From Leucoraja ocellata (taxonomy: Eukaryota): a stretch of 64,000 nt of DNA. Both the position numbers and the translations under genes were made by a program. Location of the stretch: positions 6,634,001 through 6,698,000 of the forward strand of contig JAWMAR010000023.1 of NCBI GenBank assembly GCA_036785375.1, read 5' to 3'. The notes under the pieces were generated by a model, which worked only from the letters and a program-made list of their open reading frames with translations, was not told where the DNA came from and searched no databases. Below, one piece after another: positions 27,185-38,929 of the stretch. The number at the start of each line of letters is the position of its first letter. The stretch's first letter is position 1.

Positions 27185-27335
27185 AGAGAAACATTTAATT
27201 AGACTGAGGAGCTAGACCGAGGTAGAGATGAAAAGCAGCCTGCAGAAATGTTGATGTATCCACTGCTGATCTGAGCCGGGACGATTGAAGAATTTACGCC
27301 GGATTTCCTGCCCCATGAAATCCATCAAGAGGTAG
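27185..27335 (+). other. ERRFI1: putative non-coding exon 1 of ERRFI1 (start approximate)
   Basis: Tandem donors gag|gtag|gtaagt at 27332/27336, downstream of the TATA-like box; mammalian ERRFI1 has a non-coding first exon. Confidence 0.55.
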
Positions 27336-29874
27336 GTAAGTTTCTCGCCATTCACTGGTCTCCGTTGTCTCAGTTCGCTCGTTCCGAATATATTTGATCG
27401 GGAAAGCTCGCTCATAAATTCCATATTAAAATTATTTCTCATTATTTTTATCTAAATCAATCCGGCTTCTGATTAGTTTGCTGCAAATTCCTTTGTTAAA
27501 ACTGCAATATTTTCCAAGTAACTCGACACGATATCGTGTTTATTGCGCTGCCAAATGAACAAAATGCCCTATAAATCATTAGCCTTGAGCTACTCCGATC
27601 TGTTTAATATATAACCTGAACTTGCAAGTGTTTTACACCATTTCAAAATTGGTTCCAAAATAATTGTTCATGCAAAAATGGTACAAGAGAATGGTTAAAA
27701 TTAACTTTATTAAACTTGGTGTAGTATTAATTACGAGACCTTTTTGTAAAAATAAAAATATTACTACAATATTACCGACCTCAAGATATGTGCATCGGAT
27801 AAAAGATGTGTTTCTGAGTTAGAGAGTAAAATGACTTGACCGGTACCTGGAGTTGGACAGACACTGGCCTCCAGGTCTGTCCAACTGTCCAACTATATAC
27901 TTCCTCCTCTACTGATTGTTTTCAACCAGCAAATGATAGAGATAATGTTCAAATCTATCAGCGATTGCGATAGATTTGTTATTAAAGGTCAGTGAAATTC
28001 ACAACTAAATTCTTCCTTCTCATGTATGCTGTGGCATTGTAAATCTTTTTCTGTCTCTCCAGTAGCAAGGCATCCAGGTTTGGAAACAGTCCAGTGAATA
28101 AAGATTTAAAGTGACATTCTCGCCTCTGTCCGTTTCCTGCAGTTGCCCCCTTTTTAAAGCAGTTTGTTTACAAGAGGCAAACGATACAGTCTAAACCGTC
28201 TGCACTGTGCTTTTCTTGGATTTGTTCCAAAATACTCAAATGCATTACATTTTCAGATGGTAACTAATTTTTCTAATCCCGTGAAACACACACTAGCTTT
28301 GAACACATGGCACAAACACATTTAAAAAACTGAAGATAACTATATATGATGCTCCCGGGGTGCCCTGAAGAAATGCTCCAGTACTAATTGGATGAGAAAA
28401 TATTTAGATAGCAACTTAAAGCATGTGTAGGAAGGAACTGCGGATGCTGGTTTAAACTGAAGATAGACACAAAATGCTGGAGTCACTCAGCAGGACAGGC
28501 AGAACACTTAAAACATTTGTTCTGGTAGTGGCATGGTGCCTAACTATCTTACAAACATATCTGTTTTCCTGCCGGATACAGTCCTCCAGTTGCTTACTGC
28601 CCCAATATCCCAAATGAGTCATTGATTTTCATGTGGGAATTTAAACAGGGAAACTCATCAGGGGTCCAACTGGTGGAGTGCACATAGCATCCCGACTTGT
28701 GTAACTAACACTTATTAAAGACGGTTGCAGGATAGTAATAAAATGTAGGTACATTGACTGATTTCTATCACCCTTCTCTAACCTAGAAACTTTTTGGATG
28801 TGCAGTTGCAATCCTTGTGGAATAATATCCCAGAGAACACAAATTCAAATTACTTTACTCAAGGTAGCTTGAGCATTTTCTTTTAAATTAAGTTTGTTTC
28901 AAATTAAAATAATGTAATCATAAATGTCAAAATACTGTACTCTGGGGAGAGGGGAATGCAGTATTTAATGACCACAGGGGAGTGTATCATTGAATAGAAC
29001 ACCATAAAAAGGCACTGTTTACCTTGCCATGTTTGTAACAAATCTTTGAGCTATCCAATTAATATCACTCTTAATATTTTACTAGAGCACTGCAATTTTT
29101 TCCTTCGTAATTAAATTTCTAACCAACATCCTGTTGAAATGCATTATTATATTTCAATCTTTCTGTTTATATTAAAAAAAAAAAAACATTTTGAAAAGAA
29201 ATATCAGTTATGGATATATTCAGCAGTTCTGAGTTTGTTTCATCTGGATTTTGTTTTTCCTGTTGGCATCAATAAACTGTAACACCACAAATCAGTAATG
29301 TAAAACATTATAGGTGTTATTACTCGTACTCTGACTGTTCTTGCAACAATAACATAGGAAAGCTCTGCTAACATAATGGACATTGAAAAGATGTATTCAA
29401 TACTAAGATGCTGCAAGCTTCTTTCTCGCTCGGGTGTAACATATCACCTGGAATCAGCATTTCTTTCTCCTCTGATGGCTCATCTTGTGTTTGAATAAAT
29501 GGAGACAAGCCTAAATACAAGTGCTTAAATCCGACTGAAGTAGCTTCTGGGATGCACAAAGCCTTGCTTCCATGGTACTTTAAAATGAGGGGAGAGGGTG
29601 TAAAATTTGAGGGTTTTTCTGAACCTTTATTTATTAAAGCTAAATCTATTGCTGGCAGCAGCTCGGCTCCAGAATTAAGCATTGTGTGTTTTGCCTAGAA
29701 TTATATTTCTAAACTGAGTAGCTGCTGTCAGCATTAGAGATCTTTTCCTGTTGGGTTATACTGACTTTGATTTTGGTGAAAAGCTGAAATGATTGCAAAT
29801 GTGGCATTACTGTCTGGCGGTTTTGGTAATAATAATATAATGTATAAAGAGAGGATACGTGTTTAAAAACAACA

Positions 29875-30370
29875 AAACAGTACAGCACAGTAACAGTCCC
29901 TTCGGCCCACAATATCCATGTTGATCATGATGCTAAGTTAAGCTAGTCTCCTCTGCCTGCACGCGATCCTTAGCCCTCCATCTCTATATATCCGTGTGCC
30001 TATCCAAAAGCCTCTTTAATTTCACTTATTGTATCTGCCTCCAGCACCACAGCCTCTATAAAATTATACCTAAACCTATGCCCTCTGGTCTATGATATTT
30101 CCACTCTGGGGACAAAGGTTCTGACTTTCTACCCTATCCATACCTCTCATAATTTTATACACTTCTACCAGGTCTCCCATAAGCCTTCTGATGCTCCTGG
30201 GGAAAACTGTTCAAGTTTGTCCAACCTCTCCTTGCAGTTAATATCCTTTTGAACTAGGTAGTATTCTGGTGAACCTCTTCTGCACCCTTTAAAGGCTCCA
30301 CATCCTTCCTGCAATAGGGTGAACAGAATTGTACGCATTATTCAAAATGTGGCCTAACCAAAATACTATA
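29875..30370 (-). mobile_element. CR1 LINE 3' fragment
   Basis: aacagtacagcacag...cccttcggcccaca tail and decayed ORF2 end. Confidence 0.75.
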
Positions 30371-30520
30371 CGTTTGTTTAGTTAGATTGAAGGTATGTAT
30401 ATGGATCGTTGGTATCCTCTTTGGATTGTGTTTTTAAACTTGTGGCAGTTTTCTCCTAGCCCATTTTATCTCCTACAATCTCAGATTGCTGCTTGCTCCC
30501 CTCAGGATCTTTGCCCATGT

Positions 30521-30777
30521 AAGACATATTTACTGTGTAAACTTGAGATGCTGTAACAAGCGATTTAATCATTTTAGACCATGTTTTCTTTCACCTGAAA
30601 TTCAATAGGATCACGGTCAAACATGGAACAAGAACCCTGACAGAGAATTCTTCCCTTTCCTTGCTCATACTGGTTGTTTGTTATACTATCTAATATACTA
30701 GAATTGACTATTTAAATTATAAATTTAAGAGGAATCAGGCAGGTGGCTTAAAGCCAGATTGTAAGAAGCATCTGTCA
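30521..30777 (+). repeat. arm 1 of long inverted duplication in ERRFI1 intron 1
   Basis: Reverse complement of 33286-33539, with about 6 substitutions and one 3-bp indel. Confidence 0.95.
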
Positions 30778-31994
30778 GGCAGCATCCATGGAGGAGATGG
30801 ATATTTGACACTTTGGGTATGGACTCTTGTTCAGACTGATGGACCCGCTGAGTTCCTCCAGCAGCTTTTATTTTTGCCCAAGATTCCAGCATCAGTTGTC
30901 TCGTGTGAATCTAGTTAACATTGATCTCCGTTCAAAGCATATTGGGTTTGAAAAGGTTTAAATAATTAACGATAGAACCAAGAAAATATATAATTCATCT
31001 AATTCCGTTTGGTGATAATGCAGTGTTTAACTAGTTTGAGGATGTTCATTTAACACTGGGGTCCTCATTGTGTTCCACTGCACAGAAAGGGAATAGCATC
31101 CTGAGAATCATAATGCTGTGTTTCCGTCGTCTACATTTTCCTGTAGAGATTCATCTATATTTCATGGTGAGTTGCCATACTGGCTCAGTGCATTGGACTT
31201 GGTCTGTTAAGGTAGTGTGACTGGAAGGTCTGGGTAGTCAATTGTGCAGTGTGCTCTCTAAGTTTCTAAATTGTGCACAGCACATGCAGAAACTCTCTAT
31301 AAGTTTCTCTTGACTAGTGATATTGCTCTTCATCTTTAACTCTATTTACGGATAGCAATCTAGCCCCCCCCCCCCGCCCCCCCCGGCATCCATCTGAATG
31401 TTCCACATGCTCTCTGCATCTTCATTTTTAGCTGGTATTGTTTTCCTGTGTAACTGATGGAGAGGAAGTGAAGTCACTACTTGAGTATTGATGAGTAGAG
31501 TCAGTGTAATCTGCCACTCCCTTTGACATCATTCCCCTTTCTATGAAAAGGTTACACACTGTCCTTTGAAAAGTAGAATTCTAAAATTGGTGCCTAGAAA
31601 GGGGGCCTGGTCCTTTTGTAACTGAGGATCCCAGAGACTTCTATTTAAAGCCGAGGCGATCGAATATCTGGATAATATAGGAAAGCTTATAAACTTAGTT
31701 ATCGAAAGTAGCACCAGATTATTTAAACCATTGAAATATGGGCTTTAGCAATCCACATCAGAAATGAACCTTGTTTCACGTCGTGGACATGTCAGGAAAA
31801 AGGAGTGAGGTTGCTTCTTACCTTTTTCTATTCCTTCTCTTTTTGTATCAATATTATCATGGTTAGTGCTGAATTTTCCTTTTCCTGCGATTCAAATCCA
31901 TTCGTTTATTGTAATTATAGCTAATTTCTTCTACATTTTCCAGGATCTCAAACCTAATTTGATTTTGGGAAAGGATTTTTCCATACCAGATGCT

Positions 31995-32340
31995 AATTTA
32001 AAAGGACAGGAGCATGAAGCCTCACTCTAAATATTTTACTGTTCCACTCTTAAGTTTAAGGTGAAGAGGAAAAGAGTTGGCAGGAATCTGAGGGCTAACT
32101 TTTTCACACAAAGGGTGGTGGGAGCATGGAACAAGCTGCCAGAGCAGGTCGTTGAGGCAGGGACTATCTCAATGTTTAAGAAACAGTTAGACAGGTACAG
32201 TGCATGGATAGGGCAGGTTTTGACGGATATGGACCAAGCATGTGGGCAGTTAGGACTAATGTAGCTGTGACATGTTGGCTGGTGTAGGCAAGTTGGGCCA
32301 TAGGGCCTGTTTCCATGCTGAATCACTATGACTCTATGCC
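31995..32340 (+). mobile_element. CR1 LINE 3' fragment
   Basis: Translation RNLRANFFTQRVVGAWNKLPEQVVEAGTISMFKKQLDRY; ctatgactctatg tail. Confidence 0.85.
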
Positions 32341-33285
32341 TCTAATCTTCTAACTGTAATTCACTTTATTTGTTTTCCATTTTCAGTTCGTCAATGACCA
32401 ATATCATTTCTGGTCAAAGGGTGCCATTGGAGGCACATATTGGGCTACAAAATGAGTGGCATAGTTAAAAGAAAGTCCACCCCTCTGCCCCATGTGGGTA
32501 TACAGGGTTGTTGAATTCTTGCCTTTGTCCTGTCTTCCTCACTCCCCCCCCACCCCCCCCCCCCCCCCCCCCCCCCCCCGCAAAAAAAAAAAACTCTTAA
32601 AATGTAAATCCTTCAAATAAAACTGAAAATTGTGGATTTAAAGCACAGGTTAGTTAGTACCTATGATAAGTAAGGTGTGTTTTGGCTTTGTCTGTAGATC
32701 TTTTTAAAATCAGAACCTGCTCAAGGAAATTCCAACCATTAGAGTTTTTGTTATAAGGCACAGACACTGGTCTTTTTACCCATTGAGATTGTGCACCTAT
32801 TTATACTGATCCTATGCATATCCCGTTTTTTGTTACATTTTCTTCTTGCACTTGGGCAATTAACCTCCAAACTGCATGTCTTTGGGATGTCTGTTGGTTT
32901 ATGAGATCACTTGGTTCTGTTGCATGCTGTTTTTGCTATTTAGCAAGCAGACAGTCCAGTGTTGTAGTTTTAAATGTGCCTGGTTCTACACCCAGCATGT
33001 CCTTGTGTATTCATTAAACCAGGGTTGGGCCTCTGGCTTGATGGAAATGATAGTGTGAGGATGTGCTAAACTGTCAGGTTACAGATTACGATAACCTACA
33101 ATTCTGAGTTTATCCCATTTAACATGATTTTAATGCTACACAACATTGTCGAGATACAAGGAACTGCGGACGCTGGTTTGTGAAAAAGACACAATGTGCT
33201 GGAATAACTCAGTGGGTCAGGCAGCATCAACATCCCCCCTCACATGTATCCACCCATCACCACTTGCCAGGCTTTGTTTTGCCCT

Positions 33286-33539
33286 TGACAGATGCTTCTT
33301 AAAATCTGGCTTTAAGCCACCTGCCTGATTCCTCTTAAATGTATAATTTAAATAGTCAATTCTAGTATATTAGATAGTATAACAAACAACCAGTATGAGC
33401 CAGGAAAGGGAAGAATTCTCAGTCGGGGTTCTTCCATGTTTGATCGTGATCCTATTGAATTTCAGGTGAAAGAAAACATGGTCTAAAATGATTAAATCGC
33501 TTGTTACAGCATCTCAAGTTTACACAGTAAATATGTCTT
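33286..33539 (-). repeat. arm 2 of long inverted duplication in ERRFI1 intron 1
   Basis: Reverse complement of 30521-30777. Confidence 0.95.
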
Positions 33540-33955
33540 TGTTTTTGATAGTTTGCCCTGAGAATGAGGACACGGGGGCTTTGTTTCCACAAGGACTAAG
33601 ATCTTATGGTCACTCCTACCAATACTGTCATTGACAAATACATTCACTTGAGATAAAGTGCTGAGGATAAAGGCAAGATTATTCCTTGTGTTAATTTCAT
33701 CTGATTACCCGACATGTCCTTTCTCAAATCAGAAAAATCTTAAGATTATTGAGGAAGTACTATACTACTCAATTTCCTCAATAGCTCTACTTTGATAGCG
33801 TGAAGAGAATACTGCAGCTATTGGTTGTGACTACAGAATATTGATTGGTTGAATAATTCAAGACTTGTTTTTTGTCAAGGAATGCAAGACTCTGTTGACT
33901 TGAAGAAGAGAGCACACAGACTTTAAAGGATTGGTGTCATCTCTAAATTGCCAAC

Positions 33956-34077
33956 ATGTCGAGTGCTGGACTAGCAGCACAGGAGATCCACAGTCCACTG
34001 AGTAATTGCTTCATGCATGGTACTCATGGTGTCATCAACAACAAAAGCTGTTGGAATCCGTCAAGTACCTTGGACAA
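33956..34077 (+). CDS. ERRFI1: ERRFI1/MIG6 first coding exon (exon begins about 33880)
   Basis: ccaacATG in good Kozak context; MSSAGLAAQEIHSPLSNCFMHG...CW resembles human MSIAGVAAQEIRVPL; donor AA|gtaagt, phase 2; acceptor tttttgtcaag at 33879. Confidence 0.92.
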
Positions 34078-34836
34078 GTAAGTCGCTCAAACAGGGTACC
34101 ATTTGGTTTTGGAGGTGATATCTTAATTGATGAGGAAGGTAGTATGATGTAGTGGTTTTACCTTCAAACATCTTTCTGTGGAAGCATATGAGGTTTCTTT
34201 GCAAACATAGTGGGTAATTATCATGCTAAGGCTCAAGTTTGGTGGTGTTGGGTCCGTGTCGGGATCGGGGCTGATCTAGAGTAAATTAAATTTGCTGTAG
34301 TTGCTGAAACTAGTACACTGAATGGGAAGCATGACCTTCCACAACAAGTCATTGGGAAAATGGAGAGGACTAGAGTTGATTCATCAATCACATAATAAAC
34401 ATTGCACAATAAGATTATATTGTCATGTCAGTTGTGCTGATACTTTAAAGGACCTCCATCAGGGTTCAGACTGGTAAATTAAGATCTTGTTACTTCAATA
34501 TGGGATCTTGCTGTGCAGAGTAAAATAATAAGGCTGATACCTAAGATGAGAGGTGGGTTGGGTAGAATTAGTTGTGAATGTGTTTGGGACTTTCAAGCCC
34601 TTTTCAAGTATTTTCTTAACAACTTTGAAAAAGTAAAAATCATCAGTACCATGAGGTTTCCCAGGACTCATTTGAGGAATAATTTTGATTTCATAATGGA
34701 AAGAGAGGGTTCAAGGCTGCTGTCTCGGAAGGATGGGATCAGAAGAGATCAAAAGGGAAAATCATTTGTGTTTTACTGATGGACAGTTTACGCGGATATT
34801 TGAAAAACTTTTATTCTGTGATTTCTATTTTTTTAG

Positions 34837-34922
34837 CACCTTCTTTGCAGACACCACGGCTGTGACCTGTGCTCTGAATGCTGCTCCCCATAAACGGCCC
34901 TACAGTGTACCTTCAACCAACC
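34837..34922 (+). CDS. ERRFI1: ERRFI1 second coding exon
   Basis: ttttag| ... C|gtaagt, 86 nt; phases join the flanking exons in frame (NTFFADTTAVTCALNAAP...). Confidence 0.85.
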
Positions 34923-35489
34923 GTAAGTATCTCACTCGAGTAGGGTAAATGTTTGAACATTTCTGTTTTATACATAAATTACTTTTGATAAAAGTAATTG
35001 TGATGGTTTATTTTTAAATTATTTATTTGATCATTTGGGGGGGAGGGGGGGGGGTGGCTGCTATTGACAATGCCAGCATTTATTATACATTTTCAAATGG
35101 CCCTGCACTAAGGAACCAGTTGGGAGTCACTCTGATTGTTGTGAGAAAAACCCACATAACCTGTGGGGGGTGGGGGGCTTGGGAAGACTCCTTATAACGA
35201 TCATTCGTGGGCAATAAGCACCAGCCTTGACAATTATTTTTGTTTCTCCGTGTTCGTTTGGTAAACTTTTTTTCATACTTGTTGTAATACTGTGAAACTA
35301 TTTCACATGAACTGAGAAAATCTCAGGCTCTGAGACCAACTCTTGGTTGGTCTTCAAAATAATTCTTGAGAGGGATGCTGATTAACCAGTGGCACTGGAT
35401 CTCCGAACTCTGCAAAATGCAGAAGGAGAGAGAGAAAGCTGTGAGATGTTTAACATTTTAAAAGAAAATCCTTTCCTCCCATGAAATAG

Positions 35490-36646
35490 GACAAGACGAG
35501 GAGCCATTTGGACTGAATAGATACTGCTGCTTTGGAAGATCATCCTTCCACAAGATACGACCACCACCTCTGAAAATGCAAAACTCTGAGGAATCGTTTG
35601 TACAGCTGGAAAAGGATCAGGTTTTGCCTCATTTTAAGAAACTCTCAGTAAACAGCACAATGTTGTCACCACCTCAAACACCAGTGAGGGGAGCAACTGC
35701 ACTAATTAATTTTGGATGTTCCAGTGACCGAAGCTCTAAGCCGCTCCCCCCACTGCCTTTCCCTTGTGATGAGTTATTCGATGATGTGGACAGTGAGGTT
35801 GAGTCCATTACGAACTCTGAAACTGACTTGCTCTTGCATGATAACCGACCATTGGGCTTCAGATATGGCGCTCCCAGCAGAAGGAGTTTCCGTGGATGTG
35901 GGCAGACCAACTATGCCTACTCTGAGAGTATCAGTCGCACTAGATTACCAGAGAGTTGCCATGTTATAAAAGATACTTGCCTGGAAAATAAAGAGGTCAC
36001 TGTACAACCTGTTAAGCCCCACCGTAAATTACGGCGTTCGCATTCGGGCCCAGCTGGATCCTACAACAAGCCTACCATACTGAAAAATGCAAGTTGCCTC
36101 TCAAACTCATTGACAAATACCAGTGAGATAAAGCCTGAGATTCCCCCTCGAGTACCCATACCCCCACGGCCAGTGAAACATGACTACCGGAGATGGTCTG
36201 CAGAGGTTATGTCAGCCATGCACTGTGATGAGGACAAACCACCAAAGGTTCCTCCAAGGGAACCTATGTCCAGAAGCAATTCACGCACCCCAAGTCCCAA
36301 AAGTCTCCCGGCTTACCTCAATGGGGTGATGCCACCAACACGAAGCTTTGCACCTGATCCCAAATATGTCAGCAACAAAGTCCTCCAACGGCAAGCAAGT
36401 GATGGGGCAACGACACGGGTACCATGTATTTTGCCAATCATTGAAGATGGGAAGAAGGTGAGCTCGACACACTACTACTTGCTTCCTGAGAGACCTCTAT
36501 ACCTTGACAAATTTGAGAAATATTTAGTAGAGACCCAAGCCTCAGAGGAATCAAATGATTGCACAACAGAGAGCTTCAAGACATTTGCTTTGAGCAAACC
36601 AGTAACAATTAAACAGAAACTTGTTTCCAATGTGGACGCTCCTTAG
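35490..36646 (+). CDS. ERRFI1: ERRFI1 last coding exon (ERBB receptor feedback inhibitor 1, 454 aa total)
   Basis: DQV..FKKLSVN, RRSFRGCGQ.NYAY, LRRSHSGPAGS, PPRVPIPPRP, DYRRWSAEV, PKSLPAYLNGVMPPTRSFAPDPKYVS and PCILPIIEDGKKVSSTHYYLLPERP (EGFR-binding segments); acceptor atag at 35489 is in frame. Confidence 0.98.
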
Positions 36647-38136
36647 TAGCAACAAACAAGCAGCAAGGAACTATCCCAGACTAATCAAGTCTCCTGGTTT
36701 ACAGGACCAACAGAAAAAAAGAAAGAGTTATAGAATGTGATTCGAATATCTCAGCAAAACTCTATAAAGTATGCGTAATATGACTTGACCATTATCTATA
36801 AACCCGAAGTCCTTGAACAAGCCACAGGGAACAGGATGCCCAGTTAAGGTTTTGCTGTATAATTGTTTTATGACATTCTCATCAGGTTCTCTCAGTTATT
36901 TTTATTGCACTTTATCTACTCTTGGACCTTTGCAACAGTGAAGTAGACATCGGGCATGGTTAAAATACTAATTATATTTTGCCAGGTGCAGTACACAGTA
37001 AATCTCACTGTGTTTCTTAACTAGCACAACAAACTCAAGATTAGTTTCTCTGGCCAAAACCCTTTATCAAATTGTTCAGAGACCCTTGAGGTTGAGAAAT
37101 TGCAGCAATTGTTGCTGGGCAGTGTGTCATGCTTGGTATTAATTCACCTCAGGAATGCTCAATGAAGGTCACCTCTCACTTAATGGCTATTTAAGTTTAA
37201 AAAAAGTATTATGTTCAAGTGAAGGGATAGAATTAAAATAACTTTTAAGCACAGAACTGCCACAAGTTCATATATCTGCCTCTTTCTTCCTGCCAACCCA
37301 CCTAAAAATTTGTAGCATTTGTGTTATGATATTGGAAAATCCTAAAGTTGGGAAGGAATGGAGTGGGCAATCTATTTAACCTAGAAAGTTAGCAATCTAC
37401 CTGCTGCTCTTTCTTCTTTATTTCCTCCCCGCTTTGAGTAGAACAGAAGTAATAGTCATGAATGTGATTGGAGGAAGAGGAGAATATGCTGTGGGTAGGG
37501 GCTGGTGGTAGGAAGTCTTCTACAATGTGGACATCTACTCACAATCTGTCATTCACCACATATCGGCACTGTTCTAACATTAACGCACAATATTATCTAC
37601 ACTCATTCAAAAAATTTGCAGATGATTACTGGCAATTTATAAAGATTTGTTGCAGTCATAGCCCTTTTGGGTTCAAGACTGAAGTCTGGTTCTGACTAAC
37701 TTCCCTCTGATATCCAAACGCTCATTCTAAGTGATGATAAAAATGGTTCATGAAAGGTATCAGAGTACAGCCCACTTTTGCCCTTGTGTACATATCTACA
37801 TGGTGGGCTGGGGCCAGACACCAGATTTCAAATGAGAGCCATCAAGTCAATAATAGCTACTTTCCCAGAGTTCTATCCATCAAAAAAAGAATGCTGTTTG
37901 CAGAGGAATATAATGATTTCTATCTTTTGGATTGTGTGGCCCTTTAGTAAGGTCAAACCTTGGGTTCTCCCAAACTGGTGCTTAGCAACACTCGATCAAC
38001 TGGAATTGAGGGAGGATGAAGCATAATCAAGAGAAACCATTCTGGAATGAGGTGGCAGAAGAGTGTTGGGGCTTTCTCACAAAGCTCCCAGTGGAATACC
38101 TGTGAAAAGGGAGTTTCAACTAGTGTTTGACTTGGA

Positions 38137-38142
38137 AATAAA
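38137..38142 (+). terminator. candidate ERRFI1 polyadenylation signal AATAAA
   Basis: Canonical hexamer about 1.5 kb after the stop; a more distal end near 38.6 kb is also possible. Confidence 0.35.
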
Positions 38143-38929
38143 ACATACTTCTCTCTTTCTCCCCCCCCCCCCCCCCCACTCCCTTGTATATGAATGTCAG
38201 CGTATTGATGAAAATTAGAACATTCAAAGATAAACTGTTGTGCTCTAAAACAAAACGAGATAGGGTTGTGTAAAGGGAACTATGGTAAGAGGCTTGATAT
38301 TAACCCACAAGCTTGTTTACATGATAAAGGACTGGACTAGGGACCTACATGAAGAATCTTGCAGTTACTTGTTTAGGAAGTTTTACATGTTAGAAACCAA
38401 TTAACTGCATGTAACATAAATGAAGGCCTATATTTCTGCTATTGTATACTCACTGGCTGTAACATATTTTGTTTCTATAATATTTGTTGAAAAGCTACAG
38501 AATAATGTTTCTGTGGTTCTGTGCAGTATTATTACATTTATTTTTCAAAAAAATCTTGGCTCTTTTAAATTGTGTTGTCAGAGCTTTTGATTTCTATATG
38601 TGCCCCTCTCCCAACACTATTGAATGATAATTTTGTTACTGTGATAATGTAATGTAAAATCAATGAATGATCAGCAATACACCTACACACTGTTTAAGCT
38701 TGACCTACAAGTAATTCACAAAAAGTATCTGCCTTGGGGCATGTTATAGACTTTTTGTTCTCCTGTAGACGAGAGCAATAAGTTACAGATGTTGTGCTAG
38801 GGTGGGCCCTGTAAAACAAACCAGCTGCACAGGAGTCAATTGTACCCTCTTGTTTGGCGTCTATAGATGTACAGGAACTGAGATTGAAATGCACACACAT
38901 GCGCAGAACATAATAGAATCAATTACTAG

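Noticed and set aside
32540-32592. Long poly-C/poly-A and other homopolymer runs (also near 24313, 31363, 38161 and 61733) as G-quadruplex elements
   Set aside because: Simple homopolymers are common in this genome and their lengths are unreliable; there is no independent support for function
35576-35578. ATG of the 356-aa ORF as the ERRFI1 start
   Set aside because: Internal Met; the homologous N-terminus is encoded at 33956 and splices in frame
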